Of a DNA stretch of 64,000 bases, positions 40,786-53,400 are shown piece after piece. The stretch is taken from contig CM000207.1 in NCBI GenBank assembly GCA_000002445.1, forward strand, positions 512,001 through 576,000. Direction: 5' to 3'. Position 1 is the first letter of the stretch. The number at the start of each line of letters is the position of its first letter. The stretch is from Trypanosoma brucei. Its lineage: Eukaryota. Under the pieces are notes generated by a model. The model had not been told where the DNA came from. It ran no database searches and saw only the letters and a program-made list of their open reading frames with translations. The position numbers and the translations under genes were made by a program.

Positions 40786-43700
40786 TTAAGCTGCTGTCCG
40801 AGAGGCTTCTTCTCTCGCCTCTTCTAGCACCGCTGAATCGAGCGTAAAAAACACGAAAGGTTTTAACCGGGTGCGGTACATAACGGTGCTTTGTGGTAGT
40901 TGCTGCTCTTCCTTCGATGGTGTCGATTGGGCAGGGGAACCGCTGCTGGGAGTCACTTCACCCACCGGTGGTGAAAAGAAGGTCATGGACATATTGAATC
41001 CGGTTGTCCGGTAACGACCCGCCGTAACCGCATCCTCATCCCCCAAGGCAGGAGCAGCTGCTGGAGAGTCGTGCTTCGTTTCTGCCGTCACAGCTTGAGG
41101 TACCCCGGCGTCACCACTGTCAAAAACTAATGTGTCGTCCATCAAAACCCGAATCTGCTTTACCCACGCCGCGCGACCCTCCATGACCAATGCACGGTTT
41201 AATGAGAGAACGGATAAACAAAAAGGGGTGTCTGCCACGTACACCAATGAAATAGACGCCTGTACTAGAGATGTATGAATACCCGCCCTCGCGGCGATAA
41301 CAGCAGCTTCTGCATCTTGCTGTATGGCGTTTGGTAGTGCAGTGAAAAGACACTCAGTCTGCAGTGCACCACGACCCTCTCCTGAGTAACTGCTCGTATC
41401 CCCCTCACCCTTTTTCCTAGAATTTTTCCCGTCCCGTTGCTGCTCGCCGGTGGAGCCTCGTGCCTTACTCCCAGAACCACGACCAGTAATCCGCTCGCCA
41501 TTTTCGTCGGCAAATGTACAGGCACGCAACGGGTTCAGCATCCACTCCTTCGCATACGTCTTAAGCTCACTCACGCCCCGGGCACAAAGAATAAGGTTCA
41601 GTTTGAGTACATACCCTACTGGAAGTAGTGGCGTCAGGTACGGCTGATATTCCAACAACCACTTGGGCCGCGGTTTTAGGGCCATGCGGGCACGCCGCAT
41701 TGACATCTCCGCGCGTATTGTCATGGAGGCAGTAAGACTCTGCGAAAGGGGTCGGTAAAGAGCGCCACCGCCAGCCAGTGGACCGCTAACAGAAGAGGCT
41801 CCATCAGGCCCGCCACCCAAAGATAGGTCATACACTTGAAACCGGGGAATAGTGAGAAAGGCAGGTGCCTTGCGCAAACTAACACCCTCCTCCGGGGTTA
41901 CCTCGTAAACGCCGTGCGCCGCTAGGATGCTGCGCATGGCGTTTCCATCACGCGACCATAAAGCCGCATAGGCCCTCACAAAGGATTCTGGTGAATGACA
42001 CTCTGTAGAGGTGCTACAGTTCGTCGAGGTGAGAAACAGTCGCGCTTCCTTGACACCGCAAAAAGTGTGTTCGCCCTGTGAGTAGTTGGCAACCTCCAGA
42101 AGACCTAAGGTTGGCAGGGGAGTCGCAAACACGAATATTATCTCAATGCCACGCACACAGGGAAGCGTCATTGCGGTTTCCGCATTTTCGTCAAAGAGGT
42201 ATTGCAGCTGGTCTGCCCACCTTTCCAGTTCGCCACCGCTGATGTCGTGCGCAGAACCCTGTTCTGCCTCCTGGAATGGAAATCGCACGTACCAATGAGT
42301 GATATACTGACTGACCAGACTCCCATTGGCGTCGCGCAAGCGGATCCCGCTCAATCCAATTTTCTCCGTGTCACCCCAAGTCCCCAACAGCATCATGCAA
42401 AGCGAAGTCACATTCCTTGGACACCCGGGGGGTCCAGCATCAGAGACACCGATAGTAGCTGACGAAACCGCTGAATGTGCCGACTGCGCACCACTGACGG
42501 TATTCGAAGAAATCACGACAGCCTTCTCGTTACCGAATCGCTTCACGTCGCCTTCGTTGCCCGACGACACCAAAAGAGTTGTTGCTGACTGACACAGATT
42601 GTTGCTCGGTTTGTAAGAGGAAGGCAAACCTATATTTGCCGGTTCTCGGTAAGTGTTTTTGGGCGCGAGCGCCGGAGATTTATCATTGGAATTGGTGTCA
42701 TAAAAAAGCATCCGCTGCAACACAACCTCATCCTCCGTAAAGAGAATGTTTTCACAATTCTTTAATCCCACCTGATGAGAAGGAATCACCTCGCCTGTGT
42801 TCTCGGCGATCTCCCCGCGGAAAACGAGTTTGTCATCTACTGTCATCTCCATCAACCGCACACCCTTGTTAGTATGCACGCGCCCACTTCCACCATAGTT
42901 GTGCACCCGCACCATGGAGACAGTAACGGGAAAAGGAAGAATGAAACCAATCAAGTGATGGTTGTCAACACTATACGGCATGGTAAAAAGGCACGTCTCG
43001 TCGTGTGTGTTGTTAACGCCATTTATAATGTTTGACACGCATCGCCGTGGGTCCGAGTTCCCATGAGCAGTTGAAACAAGAGCATCCTCATCGTATGACA
43101 TGCGCGCGAGGTCGTTGCGAGCTGCAGCGGTGGCCATTTCCATTTCGCTCGCCATCTCGTAGGGAGTGGGGTGTTCCACAATCAGAAGGAGTTGATTGTT
43201 TGGTGCACAATACGAGACGTTCGTAAAACCGCCCTCAATCCTCACCTTCTCCTCTTGCTGTTGTTTCGCCCGATCCACCACTTTTTCCTCTAACAACTCT
43301 GCCGGAGGAATGATCCGGTCACCTTTTTCGTCGAAAACCTCTATCCCATTCAAGCCCACCTCATTCAAGTCCCCCCACGTACTAAGAAGATTAAACAAGA
43401 TAAACCTCCCACGCGGCATCTCGTTGGTTAGAAAAGGCTCCAGCTCCAGCGGAGTGCTCTGCGGCAGTGCCCCACTACCCTCGTCAAGTGAAGGGACCGA
43501 ATCGAACTGTGCCTCAGGCTGCGAAGGCGCTACCGGAGTTGGTGGTCCGTTACTCATGCTGGGAGAGTCACAAGAAAAGGGAATGGCTTCATTGCCACCC
43601 ATAAAAAAGGAGTTGTGAAGCACACCCTCGACGACTTGGGGGTGACTGTTTTGTTGCCGTGAACGATCAGGGATGCGAATCATATGTTCACTGCTCACCT

Positions 43701-43914
43701 CGCAGTGCCTGTCATTTTCGCATGGAGGGAAGTCTCTGTTACGTGTTAAGTTAATGGTCGAAAGCCGTGGACCAGCAAACCCACAACTTTGATCCCGCAA
43801 CCGAGCACTGCAACGCTGGTTGCTGTCAACAGAACCACTACCGCTGCCCCTACTTCTCAAGTTATCAATTCTTAAACTTTGTCTATGGAGTTTGTGCCGT
43901 TCCTCACGACGCAT
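40786..43914 (-). CDS. large hypothetical protein with repeated TWGD…GL.GIE motifs, possibly KATNIP/KIAA0556-like (DUF4457)
   Basis: The ORF track begins at a GTG (44023-44025). The first ATG is at 43912-43914 (MRREERHKL...). Motifs: FILFNLLSTWGDLNEVGLNGIEVFDEKGDRI, LCMMLLGTWGDTEKIGLSGIRLRDANGSLV, and a related C-terminal LMDDTLVFDSGD. The DUF4457 assignment comes from memory of a TWGD-containing family and is not a search result. Confidence 0.55.
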   Translation of the reverse strand: MRREERHKLHRQSLRIDNLRSRGSGSGSVDSNQRCSARLRDQSCGFAGPRLSTINLTRNRDFPPCENDRHCEVSSEHMIRIPDRSRQQNSHPQVVEGVLHNSFFMGGNEAIPFSCDSPSMSNGPPTPVAPSQPEAQFDSVPSLDEGSGALPQSTPLELEPFLTNEMPRGRFILFNLLSTWGDLNEVGLNGIEVFDEKGDRIIPPAELLEEKVVDRAKQQQEEKVRIEGGFTNVSYCAPNNQLLLIVEHPTPYEMASEMEMATAAARNDLARMSYDEDALVSTAHGNSDPRRCVSNIINGVNNTHDETCLFTMPYSVDNHHLIGFILPFPVTVSMVRVHNYGGSGRVHTNKGVRLMEMTVDDKLVFRGEIAENTGEVIPSHQVGLKNCENILFTEDEVVLQRMLFYDTNSNDKSPALAPKNTYREPANIGLPSSYKPSNNLCQSATTLLVSSGNEGDVKRFGNEKAVVISSNTVSGAQSAHSAVSSATIGVSDAGPPGCPRNVTSLCMMLLGTWGDTEKIGLSGIRLRDANGSLVSQYITHWYVRFPFQEAEQGSAHDISGGELERWADQLQYLFDENAETAMTLPCVRGIEIIFVFATPLPTLGLLEVANYSQGEHTFCGVKEARLFLTSTNCSTSTECHSPESFVRAYAALWSRDGNAMRSILAAHGVYEVTPEEGVSLRKAPAFLTIPRFQVYDLSLGGGPDGASSVSGPLAGGGALYRPLSQSLTASMTIRAEMSMRRARMALKPRPKWLLEYQPYLTPLLPVGYVLKLNLILCARGVSELKTYAKEWMLNPLRACTFADENGERITGRGSGSKARGSTGEQQRDGKNSRKKGEGDTSSYSGEGRGALQTECLFTALPNAIQQDAEAAVIAARAGIHTSLVQASISLVYVADTPFCLSVLSLNRALVMEGRAAWVKQIRVLMDDTLVFDSGDAGVPQAVTAETKHDSPAAAPALGDEDAVTAGRYRTTGFNMSMTFFSPPVGEVTPSSGSPAQSTPSKEEQQLPQSTVMYRTRLKPFVFFTLDSAVLEEAREEASRTAA

Positions 43915-44180
43915 GTTGGTGTTTGGGAAAGAACTCGTTTGAGTGTGTGCGTTGCCGTCCACTCTTCCCCTTCGTCGCTTATTATTGTTATTGCTGTTTC
44001 CTGTTTGTTTGCTTTGTTTTTGCACCTCTCTCTATCGTCGCTACTATCGTCTTGCTTGCTAATATATGTATGGATGTATGAGTCTATCGTTTTTCTTCTT
44101 CCTTCGCTCTACCTTATTTCCCTACGTTTCGTCCCGATTGGCTACGTTTGCTGCTTCAATTCACAGAGTTAAGCAAACTT

Positions 44181-44250
44181 TAGGGTAAAAAGTACTGAGC
44201 ACCGGAAAGCGGGAGAAAAAACAAATAAATAAACCAAGACCACAGAAATG
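44181..44250 (-). promoter_or_regulatory. purine-rich (+strand), i.e. pyrimidine-rich on the coding strand, region upstream of the 40786-43914 gene
   Basis: tagggtaaaaagtactgagcaccggaaagcgggagaaaaaacaaataaataaaccaagaccacagaaatg. Confidence 0.25.
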
Positions 44251-45907
44251 ATAGCAATGTAACCACGCACTTGCCTGTAAAAGAGTTTGATACATTTGGT
44301 TAACGCGTTACCGGCAGAAATCCAGAGACACAAAACATTTGCCGCAAGAGTCAGATTCATCCGACTGCATCTTCATGTGTTTTGTCTCTACGGGAAGCTA
44401 CGTGCCAAACACTCAAGGCTGCGGCACTGTTGGGAAGTGTAACGTTTCCCTTAGCTCCTCTCCTCACTTTTTAAACTTGAAAAGGTCTCCTTCTTATTAG
44501 TATCAGTAAAAGTATTAGTGTTATTGTCAGCATTATTATTGTTATTATTATTGCTTCCGCTATTATCGCTATTTGGTGCCGACACTCCAAAGAAACACGA
44601 CCGCGACCGCGCTCATCAGCTCGTTACACGGGGAAACAAGTAACGAAAAAAAGAGTAAGCGGGAAATGGCCCCTTCTTATCCACAACTAGTTGTGCCAAC
44701 AAACAGGTGTAGGAGAAACGAGATTGCATGTACATACATAAATATATTGAAAAACACAGGCGAATGTACGGGTAGAAGAGGAGAGAAAGGTGTTGACAGG
44801 GGTTTATTTATCGTTTGCACAACGGAAGAGACAATAATGATGTCAATAATAATACAATAACGGGAGAAGGTACAGCAGCAGTAAAGTAATGAGGTGGACA
44901 TCTTCACTCAAAAGTAATACAGCACAACACTACCAAAAAATCACGGGTTAACCACCAAACGGGAGGGGGAAATAATGGTACCTTTTTTTTTTAAAAAAAA
45001 GAGAAAAGCACTGGAGACACAACCGACGAGGTGGCAATAAGAACGAAACGAGAGAAATAAAAAACATTATTCGGTCACTTCGCTTTATCTTTTTTTCTAC
45101 GTAAGTACAGGCATACACACAACAGAGACTAAAATGTGTAATCTTTTAACTGGTATAAGTACGCTACCTTTCTCACCAAACAAAAAGAAATACACCAAAA
45201 AAAAAGGAGCGCTTATCCATCACCATTCTGTCATTATTCCTAAACTATCATCCAAATATCAACGCGTTGCTTTACGTAACCCTGTGAAACTTATTAAGTA
45301 AATGTTATCATGGACAGAAATCCAATATATATATATATATATGTATATGGAAACATGTAAATGTTCATATGATTTTATATATTCACATATAACATAAACT
45401 TTTACATACTCAAACACACGTTCACTACGCCCCTTTCCCTCTATGTGCGTTTACCCTCCATTCATCTGCGATATATTCAAATATTAAGGCCCTTCCTTCC
45501 CCGTCAGTACCTCTATGCAGTCTTCCCATACGCCTGGACCTCTGGAAAGTGGCGACAAATTTTGAAAAAAAAAACAACTGAGATGAACAAAGGCAACAGA
45601 AAACTCCCCAGCTGAATGTGAAAGGGGTGCGTGACGTCGCATATCCTTTCATTTGCGACATGCATCAACCCATGTGCAATCAAGTAGAGAAATAACCATC
45701 ACAACATGGTAACATGCAAACAGAAGAATGGGCGGTAATACAAAAAAAAAATCAGCAACAGCCACTGCTTCAAAGGAAAAAGAGTGGTTTTATCACAAGC
45801 ACCATATGGCGGGCGCGTTATCTCAACAGAAGATGCTTCTATCAAAAAGTTACTCCATTCCGCATAACGTAGTACAAAACAAAGTCTTCGTTACGGATCA
45901 CACCCAT

Positions 45908-46759
45908 TTATTCTTTCTTCTTCCTTTTACTGACGGACACCTGATCATCAGCATTACTGTCATCAGCGACGACAAAGCGTCTATAGCCCTGCTTCATAAT
46001 CTCAAAAAGCCACACGTACTGCAAACTCTGAATGATAGACAGGAGCACCATGGAAACAATTATACTTGCTTCATCATGTACCACGACCTTATCATCGCTC
46101 CGCGTATCCATGAGCAATTTGTACATTAATTGTAGCCATCTGAATGTCACAACCGAACCTCCCACAACACGAATGATGAGAAACATAAATGCAAACACAA
46201 CATCGCAGATTGTCGCAAGGGAGCTGAATGCTGTAGTATGCAGCGTGCGTATGATGGAGGAGATATGAAACGGTACGTTGCTAAGCTCAAACATACCTGT
46301 GAAGTACGATCCATACTGATCGGAGTAGGGAAACGATAGCAAGTAAGCTCCCACGAGGCTTGCAAAAGCATGAACTTTCCACTGCGCCTCCCATTTATAT
46401 GCAAAACAGACAAAAATGTCCCAAACAAAATACGCTACTATGGCAACCCGAAAGAAACGGTAATATGGAATCTCGCGATACACGTCAGTGTCGAGGACGT
46501 AACCATGATCACGAAGGTTCGTAACAAAGCACACTGCAGAACCTACCATAAGAAGCCCATTAAAAACACTCACCGTCCGCACAATAACATTATTTTGGTC
46601 ATCTCGCGCGAGTTTTTGGAAAGCGGTACCAAACACTTTAGGATATATCCACTGTGCTGTTACCTGAACGGCACCGTACACCGCCACCATAGGAAGGAGA
46701 ATGGGCCAGTCACGGACTAGAGGTGACATGTACGTGTCATATGCACCATAAAGCCCCAT
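45908..46759 (-). CDS. polytopic membrane protein (~6 TM helices), family unassigned (possibly TLC-like)
   Basis: ATG at 46757-46759. There are several 20-aa hydrophobic stretches (WPILLPMVAVYGAVQV, VSVFNGLLMVGSAVCFV, FRVAIVAYFVWDIFVCFAY, ATICDVVFAFMFLIIRVVGG, IIVSMVLLSIIQSLQYVWLF). The C-terminus is KKKE. Confidence 0.5.
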   Translation of the reverse strand: MGLYGAYDTYMSPLVRDWPILLPMVAVYGAVQVTAQWIYPKVFGTAFQKLARDDQNNVIVRTVSVFNGLLMVGSAVCFVTNLRDHGYVLDTDVYREIPYYRFFRVAIVAYFVWDIFVCFAYKWEAQWKVHAFASLVGAYLLSFPYSDQYGSYFTGMFELSNVPFHISSIIRTLHTTAFSSLATICDVVFAFMFLIIRVVGGSVVTFRWLQLMYKLLMDTRSDDKVVVHDEASIIVSMVLLSIIQSLQYVWLFEIMKQGYRRFVVADDSNADDQVSVSKRKKKE

Positions 46760-47858
46760 TGGTTCTAACTTCTGTTTGTTTCAATCTTCTGTTGGTAGTT
46801 TCTATGTGAACTACTTTACTATTATATTGCTATTGTTATCTTTTTCTTGTTTGTTTGCTTTTTTCCCACTTTCAAGGAGAGTCTTACTTTGGAGTAACTG
46901 CAAAATTGTGAAAAGCAAAACAACTTGGACGAGAACAAGTAACGAAAACAACCATACAGTAACGTTGTGGAACACGTGCGTCACGCAAAGTATAAACTTA
47001 AACAACTTCACACACCTGTGCGCAGTTGGGTGGAGTGAAGATTCTTGTGCGAAGGAAAGTGAGAATAACATATATATATATAAGAATGAGTAAAGGGAAG
47101 AAAAAGCTACGCGTTTTACACAATACCACCTCCTCTTCTTTCCGATGCTCAACCTCAATATCTTCATCCTGTTTTTTTCATTCTTTTTTCCCTCACATCG
47201 CTCCCTCTTCCTCTTTATCTTTCTCCCCCCCCCCTATTTCCCATTTCCTTTCTTCGAGCTTCTTACACTTTGCGTGCATTTAAAAAGAAAAAAAACGTTT
47301 AAGCGAATACTTTTTCTTATGTATCCCCTTCTTTTTAGTTTAGGGGGTTAAGTGAATGCACTGAAAGTAAACCAACAGCAGCAACACAATGGAGAAAGCA
47401 CGCAGCCCAGCATTCACCTGTGCACTCATGCGAACTTGTAATGCAAGTCAAGACCATGCTTAAATCATCCACTCGTCGCTTCAATTAGTACCTGCCACGT
47501 AACACGTACGAACACATATGCATATGAGGAGAATGAATAGGACTATTGGCGTATGCTGAGGCACAGCAGTGGGTGAGTAACATTCTCAGCCACACCTCTT
47601 GAGAAAATAGAGAGGGGAAAGAAGGTTGAAGGACGACCAGCGACGTGTCAACAGTCACATCAATCGTTCGAAAAGAAGCACGACAATGCATCTCGGTGGC
47701 ATCAAATTTCATAACGCGAGAGCATAGCACTGCGAAAACTGCAACACATGCACTCACTGACAGACATACATATACTTATTTATATACGCATGTGTGGACA
47801 CCATTTCCTCACCATGCTCAAGAGGCCATGATCCTTCTCAGGACTACAGCACTGACCA

Positions 47859-48812
47859 CTAGTGTTGGATTCTCTGATTGTTAAATTGTGACCAATATTT
47901 ATGCATTTCAAGCGCTACCACGCAACTATCACGCACGATCGCTTCCTTGTGCTTCGCATACTCCTCTAATGCGGGAAGTGTCTTTGGATCAGCGATTGCC
48001 CCCAGCGCCTCCGCCGCCTCGTGTCGCACCATTGGGGCCTCATGCTCATCCCGAAGTGCATCAAGCAGAGCGGGTTGGCTTGCCGGATGCTCCAGCTGTC
48101 CAAGTACAAATGCCACCTCGTGCCGAAGTAATGCACTCGTGTTGTCTTGCCGCAGTGCCCGAGAGAGCGCAGCTACCGCTTCCGGGGTTCCAATGTTTCT
48201 AAGCGTGAACATAGCCTGGTAACGTAACCACAGCGAAACTGCACCGGTAGTGTCACATAATAGATTCTCAAGTTCTGAAACGGTATAGGGGGCAGAGCCA
48301 CCGGTGTTGGTGCCGTTGAAGGCGGGTGCAGGATCAATAGAGACAAATGGACAGTTTGCCGCCGGTCCCACAGCCTCCTTACCTTTCTCTTCGAGCATTT
48401 CTATTCGTTTCAGTGCGAGTTCACATGACTCACGAATGGCGGCCTCTGGTTCATTCGCCGGTTCCATGAAGTGCCGCAGAAGTGGAATACATGCAGGGTC
48501 CCCAATGGCGCCTAAGGCCTCAACCGCCTCGTGACGAGTAACAATATCATACTTGCCCACTGCGCGAATGAACCGTTCCAGATGTGGGCATGCTTCTACC
48601 ATAGCCGATTGACCAAGATTGTACACAAGCTCATGCTGTAGTAACACAGAGTTTGTAGTGTCAACAGCTTTGGCAAGCACATGAACACCAGCAGGAGTCC
48701 TCAGTATGGATTCCTTCAGACGGTACAACTCGCGTGTGCGACTAAACAGAGGTTCCTCGGGGTCGAGCAGCTTTCTGTACTCCTGCTCACAAACAGAGAG
48801 GTCCTGATCCAT
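47859..48812 (-). CDS. DOHH: deoxyhypusine hydroxylase (HEAT-repeat di-iron enzyme)
   Basis: Four His-Glu motifs lie in HEAT repeats: [55 protein letters not shown]. The dyad-symmetric layout is colinear with eukaryotic DOHH. ATG at 48810-48812. Confidence 0.9.
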   Translation of the reverse strand: MDQDLSVCEQEYRKLLDPEEPLFSRTRELYRLKESILRTPAGVHVLAKAVDTTNSVLLQHELVYNLGQSAMVEACPHLERFIRAVGKYDIVTRHEAVEALGAIGDPACIPLLRHFMEPANEPEAAIRESCELALKRIEMLEEKGKEAVGPAANCPFVSIDPAPAFNGTNTGGSAPYTVSELENLLCDTTGAVSLWLRYQAMFTLRNIGTPEAVAALSRALRQDNTSALLRHEVAFVLGQLEHPASQPALLDALRDEHEAPMVRHEAAEALGAIADPKTLPALEEYAKHKEAIVRDSCVVALEMHKYWSQFNNQRIQH

Positions 48813-48935
48813 CGTTAGTGTTAGAGCAGCAGCGCTTGAGAACAGATGCGAAAGGGTACGGAGCGCTTACTTCCAAACCGTAACCGGCTTGCCGTGAGGA
48901 AATACGCTACGTAAAACCCAAGAAATTCAAAACCG

Positions 48936-48962
48936 TACGTAAAAAGAAAAGGAAAAGAATAC
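48936..48962 (-). promoter_or_regulatory. coding-strand polypyrimidine tract upstream of the DOHH gene
   Basis: +strand aaaaagaaaaggaaaagaatacag lies about 130 nt upstream of the ATG at 48812. Confidence 0.3.
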
Positions 48963-49803
48963 AGTTCACTGGGACGGGTGCACAACACACCCAAATGTTT
49001 ACCACTTCAACAGTACTCTTTGCTCTGCGGCGGAGTGAACGTGATACATCACATAGGAGGTTTAACGAAATATTGATCATTATCAACAGCGGTCGATGCA
49101 TGACTGCCTTACGTCGCGGCTGTTATAACATTCTGTAAAGGAATGTGGTAAAACTTTGCTGCTTCCGGTGTCTCTGCCTTGCCATCAGAAAGAAGTAACA
49201 TCACCGAATATGAACACCACAGACACACACGTACAGACACCTTACAAATTATATTTCCCGGTTCCTCCAGGTGTGCGAACCATCCCGCCCCAGGGGGTTT
49301 CAACACCTTTTTCCGTTTTCTTTCCCTTCTTCACCTTCACCTCCCTCCCCTCTCCTCAGTCGCGTATCGACTATGATGAAAGAAAGCAAAAGAACCCACA
49401 ACTTCGACCAGCACTCTGAATGTCCTTGAACCAATCAAACAATGGAAAGTAAACATAACTCGTTGCAAAGCAATACATGTGGGAGGGAGAAGAGGACGTA
49501 AGTAAGGTGAAGGAAGGGCAATGTGGAACGGCTGGGTGCACACTCTCATACAGGCGAGATCGGTCAAACGCACTACCTTTCCTTCGCTTTCACACTAACA
49601 CACCTTCCACCTAAAATGGTTCCACACTTCTCAAATAATACGCCTATACACAGGAAAAATCACAGATACAGCACGTGGACGCCGTCAAGTAAGAACCCCT
49701 CTGCTTTTTTTTCTGAAATCCCTTCATTTCACACAAACAAAAGTTACATGTGCCAACAAATAACTTCCCTCCCCGTACTTTCCCACTATTCAACCCATTT
49801 TTC

Positions 49804-49830
49804 CACACACACACACACACGCACACGCAC
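49804..49830. repeat. (CA)n microsatellite
   Basis: cacacacacacacacacgcacacgcac. Confidence 0.9.
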
Positions 49831-50426
49831 CACCCTCAAAAGTTAACGCCCCAGTCCCCAGCTCCATAACCCCCTCACAATAAAAGCGCAAGTTTTACTC
49901 ATATCACTCCCACACTGCTTCTGTTACGTGTTTTTTTTTCCCCCTCCCTTCCTTCTTCCCTCCACTTCTCTTTCTTTCTTTTTACTTTACGCGACCTTGA
50001 ATAGCGCAGAACCGTAGGGCCACAGCTGATAACAGCAGAAAACTAGAAAGTCGACATGCAGACAAACAGACATGCATCCTCTCTCTCTCTTACAGTTGTG
50101 GCGTAACTCAAGAAACGAGAAGGAAGAGTTGACTGCTGGTTTTCACGTGCGCCGCAGCACGTAGGAAGACGTGGACACGTGTGTTTATAGCGTCATGAAT
50201 AACATACGTCTCTTTAATGGGATGAATCGGGCCCGAACATAAACAACAGGATTGCTGAAGTAAAAATAAGTTTTCTAAGAAGCATCAATCACAATGTATT
50301 GGGGAAAGATAACAATATTAAAAAAACAAGAAACTACAGTGAGCCTATAATATTTAAAGCAAAGTTTAACCAGGCACATAGAGTTTGCACATTTGTTGCA
50401 TTATTTCACCCATTATTTCAACGTTG

Positions 50427-53400
50427 TTAGGTTCCGAGCCGGCGGAGCACTTGACGCAGCGTGAACACTTCCGAAAAAAACTTCTCTCTCGTCTCCGCTG
50501 CGTTCGTAAGAACCGAGAAAGCCTCCCGCAGTGTCGCATGTTTACCCTCCGGGAACGACATAATCAGTTGCTCCACGTAGTTAAACCAGAAAGGAGGGTG
50601 TGCCTCGAAGATATGATGTACGACAGCACAGCTTGAATTTACTGCGCGATCCTGAAACACAATAATGTTCATGGCTGTACTCAATAACCTCTGCCATACG
50701 CTATCATGTGGCGCTAATAACCTGGCCAAATGCTCACGAACCTCTGTTGCCAGCCGTGGGGGCCTGCTGACGATGCTCTGCTGAACAGGGGGCATTGGGG
50801 ACGAGAGACGGGAGGATCCGAAGGGTTGCGTGAAGGGTGCAGGGGACTGGTCCGGGCCGTGAGTATCTGTGGGACGCAACGATGGCGAGAGAGCGATCGC
50901 CCTCACCTCCTGTACAAGTCCCGAGATAAATGTGAGAAACCCCAACCCATGCACAAGCACGCCAGACTGCGTGTCCACGTCTTCACACACTGTTATAACG
51001 GCGTTGATTAACCCCACTAGCTCGTCGCCTGTGAGACCCCGTAGACAAAAATACAAGTTTTCCTCAACTAACAGACGCAAAAGGTCAACAGCAACTACAG
51101 TAAACTTTCCGTGCTCCTTAAACACATTTGTCCCAACCAATGCCAGCTTTCGGAGGAGGTCTACCGTAGTGCGTTCAAAAGTGTCATCATTGTAGTATAA
51201 CATCGCACCAAAAGGAACAAAAGACCCTTCCATGCACCTCTTCATGATATCCATGGCCAGCATCCATGGTTTAAGCACCTTGTTGTAGCTGCCTGATAAG
51301 GAGGAGAGAGCCATAAGATGATCGATGGAGAATGTGCGCTTCTCTACCTTCTCAACGAGATCACAGAGATGCTTGAAAAGCATTAGTCCAACGGCACTGT
51401 TGCTGCTTGATGATATGTGAAGCCTTCCATATTTTCCAGGGGTAACGAGCTCGCAGAGGAAGCGCATGAGTGCTGTTACCACAATCGGTGAATCACCCGC
51501 TGTGTCAACGATGGTGACAAAGACGGAGTAACGGGAGAGAAACCAATCGATGAAGTCCAAAGAAGACAACTGGTCTTCCTTCAACGCCTGGCAAGCGCCA
51601 CGCAGGTCACGCACCCACCCGGCTATAAAGCTCGGGCTATTTACCTCATTATTCACAGTTCTCTGCATGCTGAAGTCAACGTTGCTAAGATATGACTCCA
51701 TGCGCTCCCTTGTGTAACTCCCCGTTGAACGGACAAACCACAATGCCTTCGTGATATTGGTACGGAGTTTGTATGTTTGTTCTGATTGGGCAAGTGGCAG
51801 ATCAGACGTTGGGGGAAGTTCAAGGGACAGCTCTCGCAGTAACTGAGGCGGAGCCTCACGGCAAGCCTCAACGATGACATCGGCAGACGATCGGATGATG
51901 TCCACCGCGTCCAAGCTATCAGGACCACGCAACAAATTATGGCCGACGTTATCCAATACAAACTGAAAGAGTTGCCCACGGTCCTGAAAAACATTAGTCA
52001 CAACAGCTGATAGGTTGCCGTGGCGAGCACCAGTGATCACAGACTGCATATTCGTCAGGAAGTGCAGCATTCCACGCTCCACAAAACTACTGAATAATGC
52101 AGGGTTGCCACTGTGGTTCCTGCGATGGTCAGCACAGCCCCTAGCGTATGCAAAAACATGTGAGCACGGTTCAATACCTGAACTTTCCATGCTAAACAGC
52201 ACGAGCCACGCAACACCACCAGCAATATAAAACAGCCAACCAGTGGAGAGAGGTGATGTGAAGATCGACATGCCCACTTGCTGATTGAGATAATTTGCGA
52301 AATCACCAAGATACGTTGCGGGGTCGAGGAGGCACACGTTAGCGTAGGCATCAGACTGTGCGAGTACCGCTTCCGCGAGACCACCATCCGCATCTTCTAA
52401 CGAGAAAGAATCCCCACCGCTTGCATCCGCGCCGTGAATACGTGCCACCAAGAAGGCACGTAGAACCGGAAGTACTGCAACCTCAATATCTTGAGGACAC
52501 TGCTCCGAGTAACTACGCCGCTTTGAAGTTGTAAGCGCAACCCAGAACGCCATCACTGCAGTGGCTGTGGAGAAACTCCCTTCTTGGCCAAATGTAATCG
52601 ACAGCACATCTACCGAAATGGATTGAAACGCCGTCACCCATTGCTCGAAGACTGCAACCTGACGGAGTTCGCGGTAGCCAAGGGAAAGCACTACACGGCG
52701 GAATGCCTCAGCAAGAGTCTCAATGTAGCGGGGTATCTTAAGCCGACCATCTTGCAACATGGTCACCTGTATTAATTTAGTGAGTGTGAATTCAATGTAC
52801 TGCAGCCGTTCCTCTACCGTTTCAAAGAATGAGCGATAAGTGCCACATATATTCGAAATAGCTGAAAGTAGACTTGCACAGTGCGGGTGCGGCAGCGCGG
52901 CGTGCTGGCCCCATAGCGTTTGTAGGGTCTGGTCACTTAAGATAGTAGGTTTCCATGCGCATGGGAAGTGAACGAAGGGAAGGTCCTCCGTATCATCAAC
53001 CATTATAGCTCGAAAATCAAACGAGAAGCAGTTTTCCACGAGCTTCACAATTTCGGTAATGTGCGGAGTGTTCACCGTTAACTTCTCTAGTAGTTTCAGC
53101 GCCTCCACCAAAATATTCAGGAGACACTTCTCATTGAAGTTACCGCTACAGTGTCGATGCGCCACAAATCCTAGATATGTCTTAGACCGAGATGAATCGT
53201 ACTTGGAGAACTCCACCACCAACGCATTGAGCATCATCAAACCAAGCAGTTGCATGTTCGTACCATCCGCCTCATGTCGCAGCAACTCAATGGGATAATT
53301 TACAGCTCCTTCAAGGAGGGGATCAGCTTCAAAGGCAAGTTTTGTCAATTTCGCGTACGCAGATAGAAGGGCCGACACCACATGTTTCGGCGCACCATTT

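Noticed and set aside
43915-44025. ORF-track start codons GTG (44023-44025), TTG (56087-56089; 63967-63969)
   Set aside because: Non-ATG initiation is not expected in a kinetoplastid nuclear gene. I re-anchored to the first in-frame ATG where one is present.
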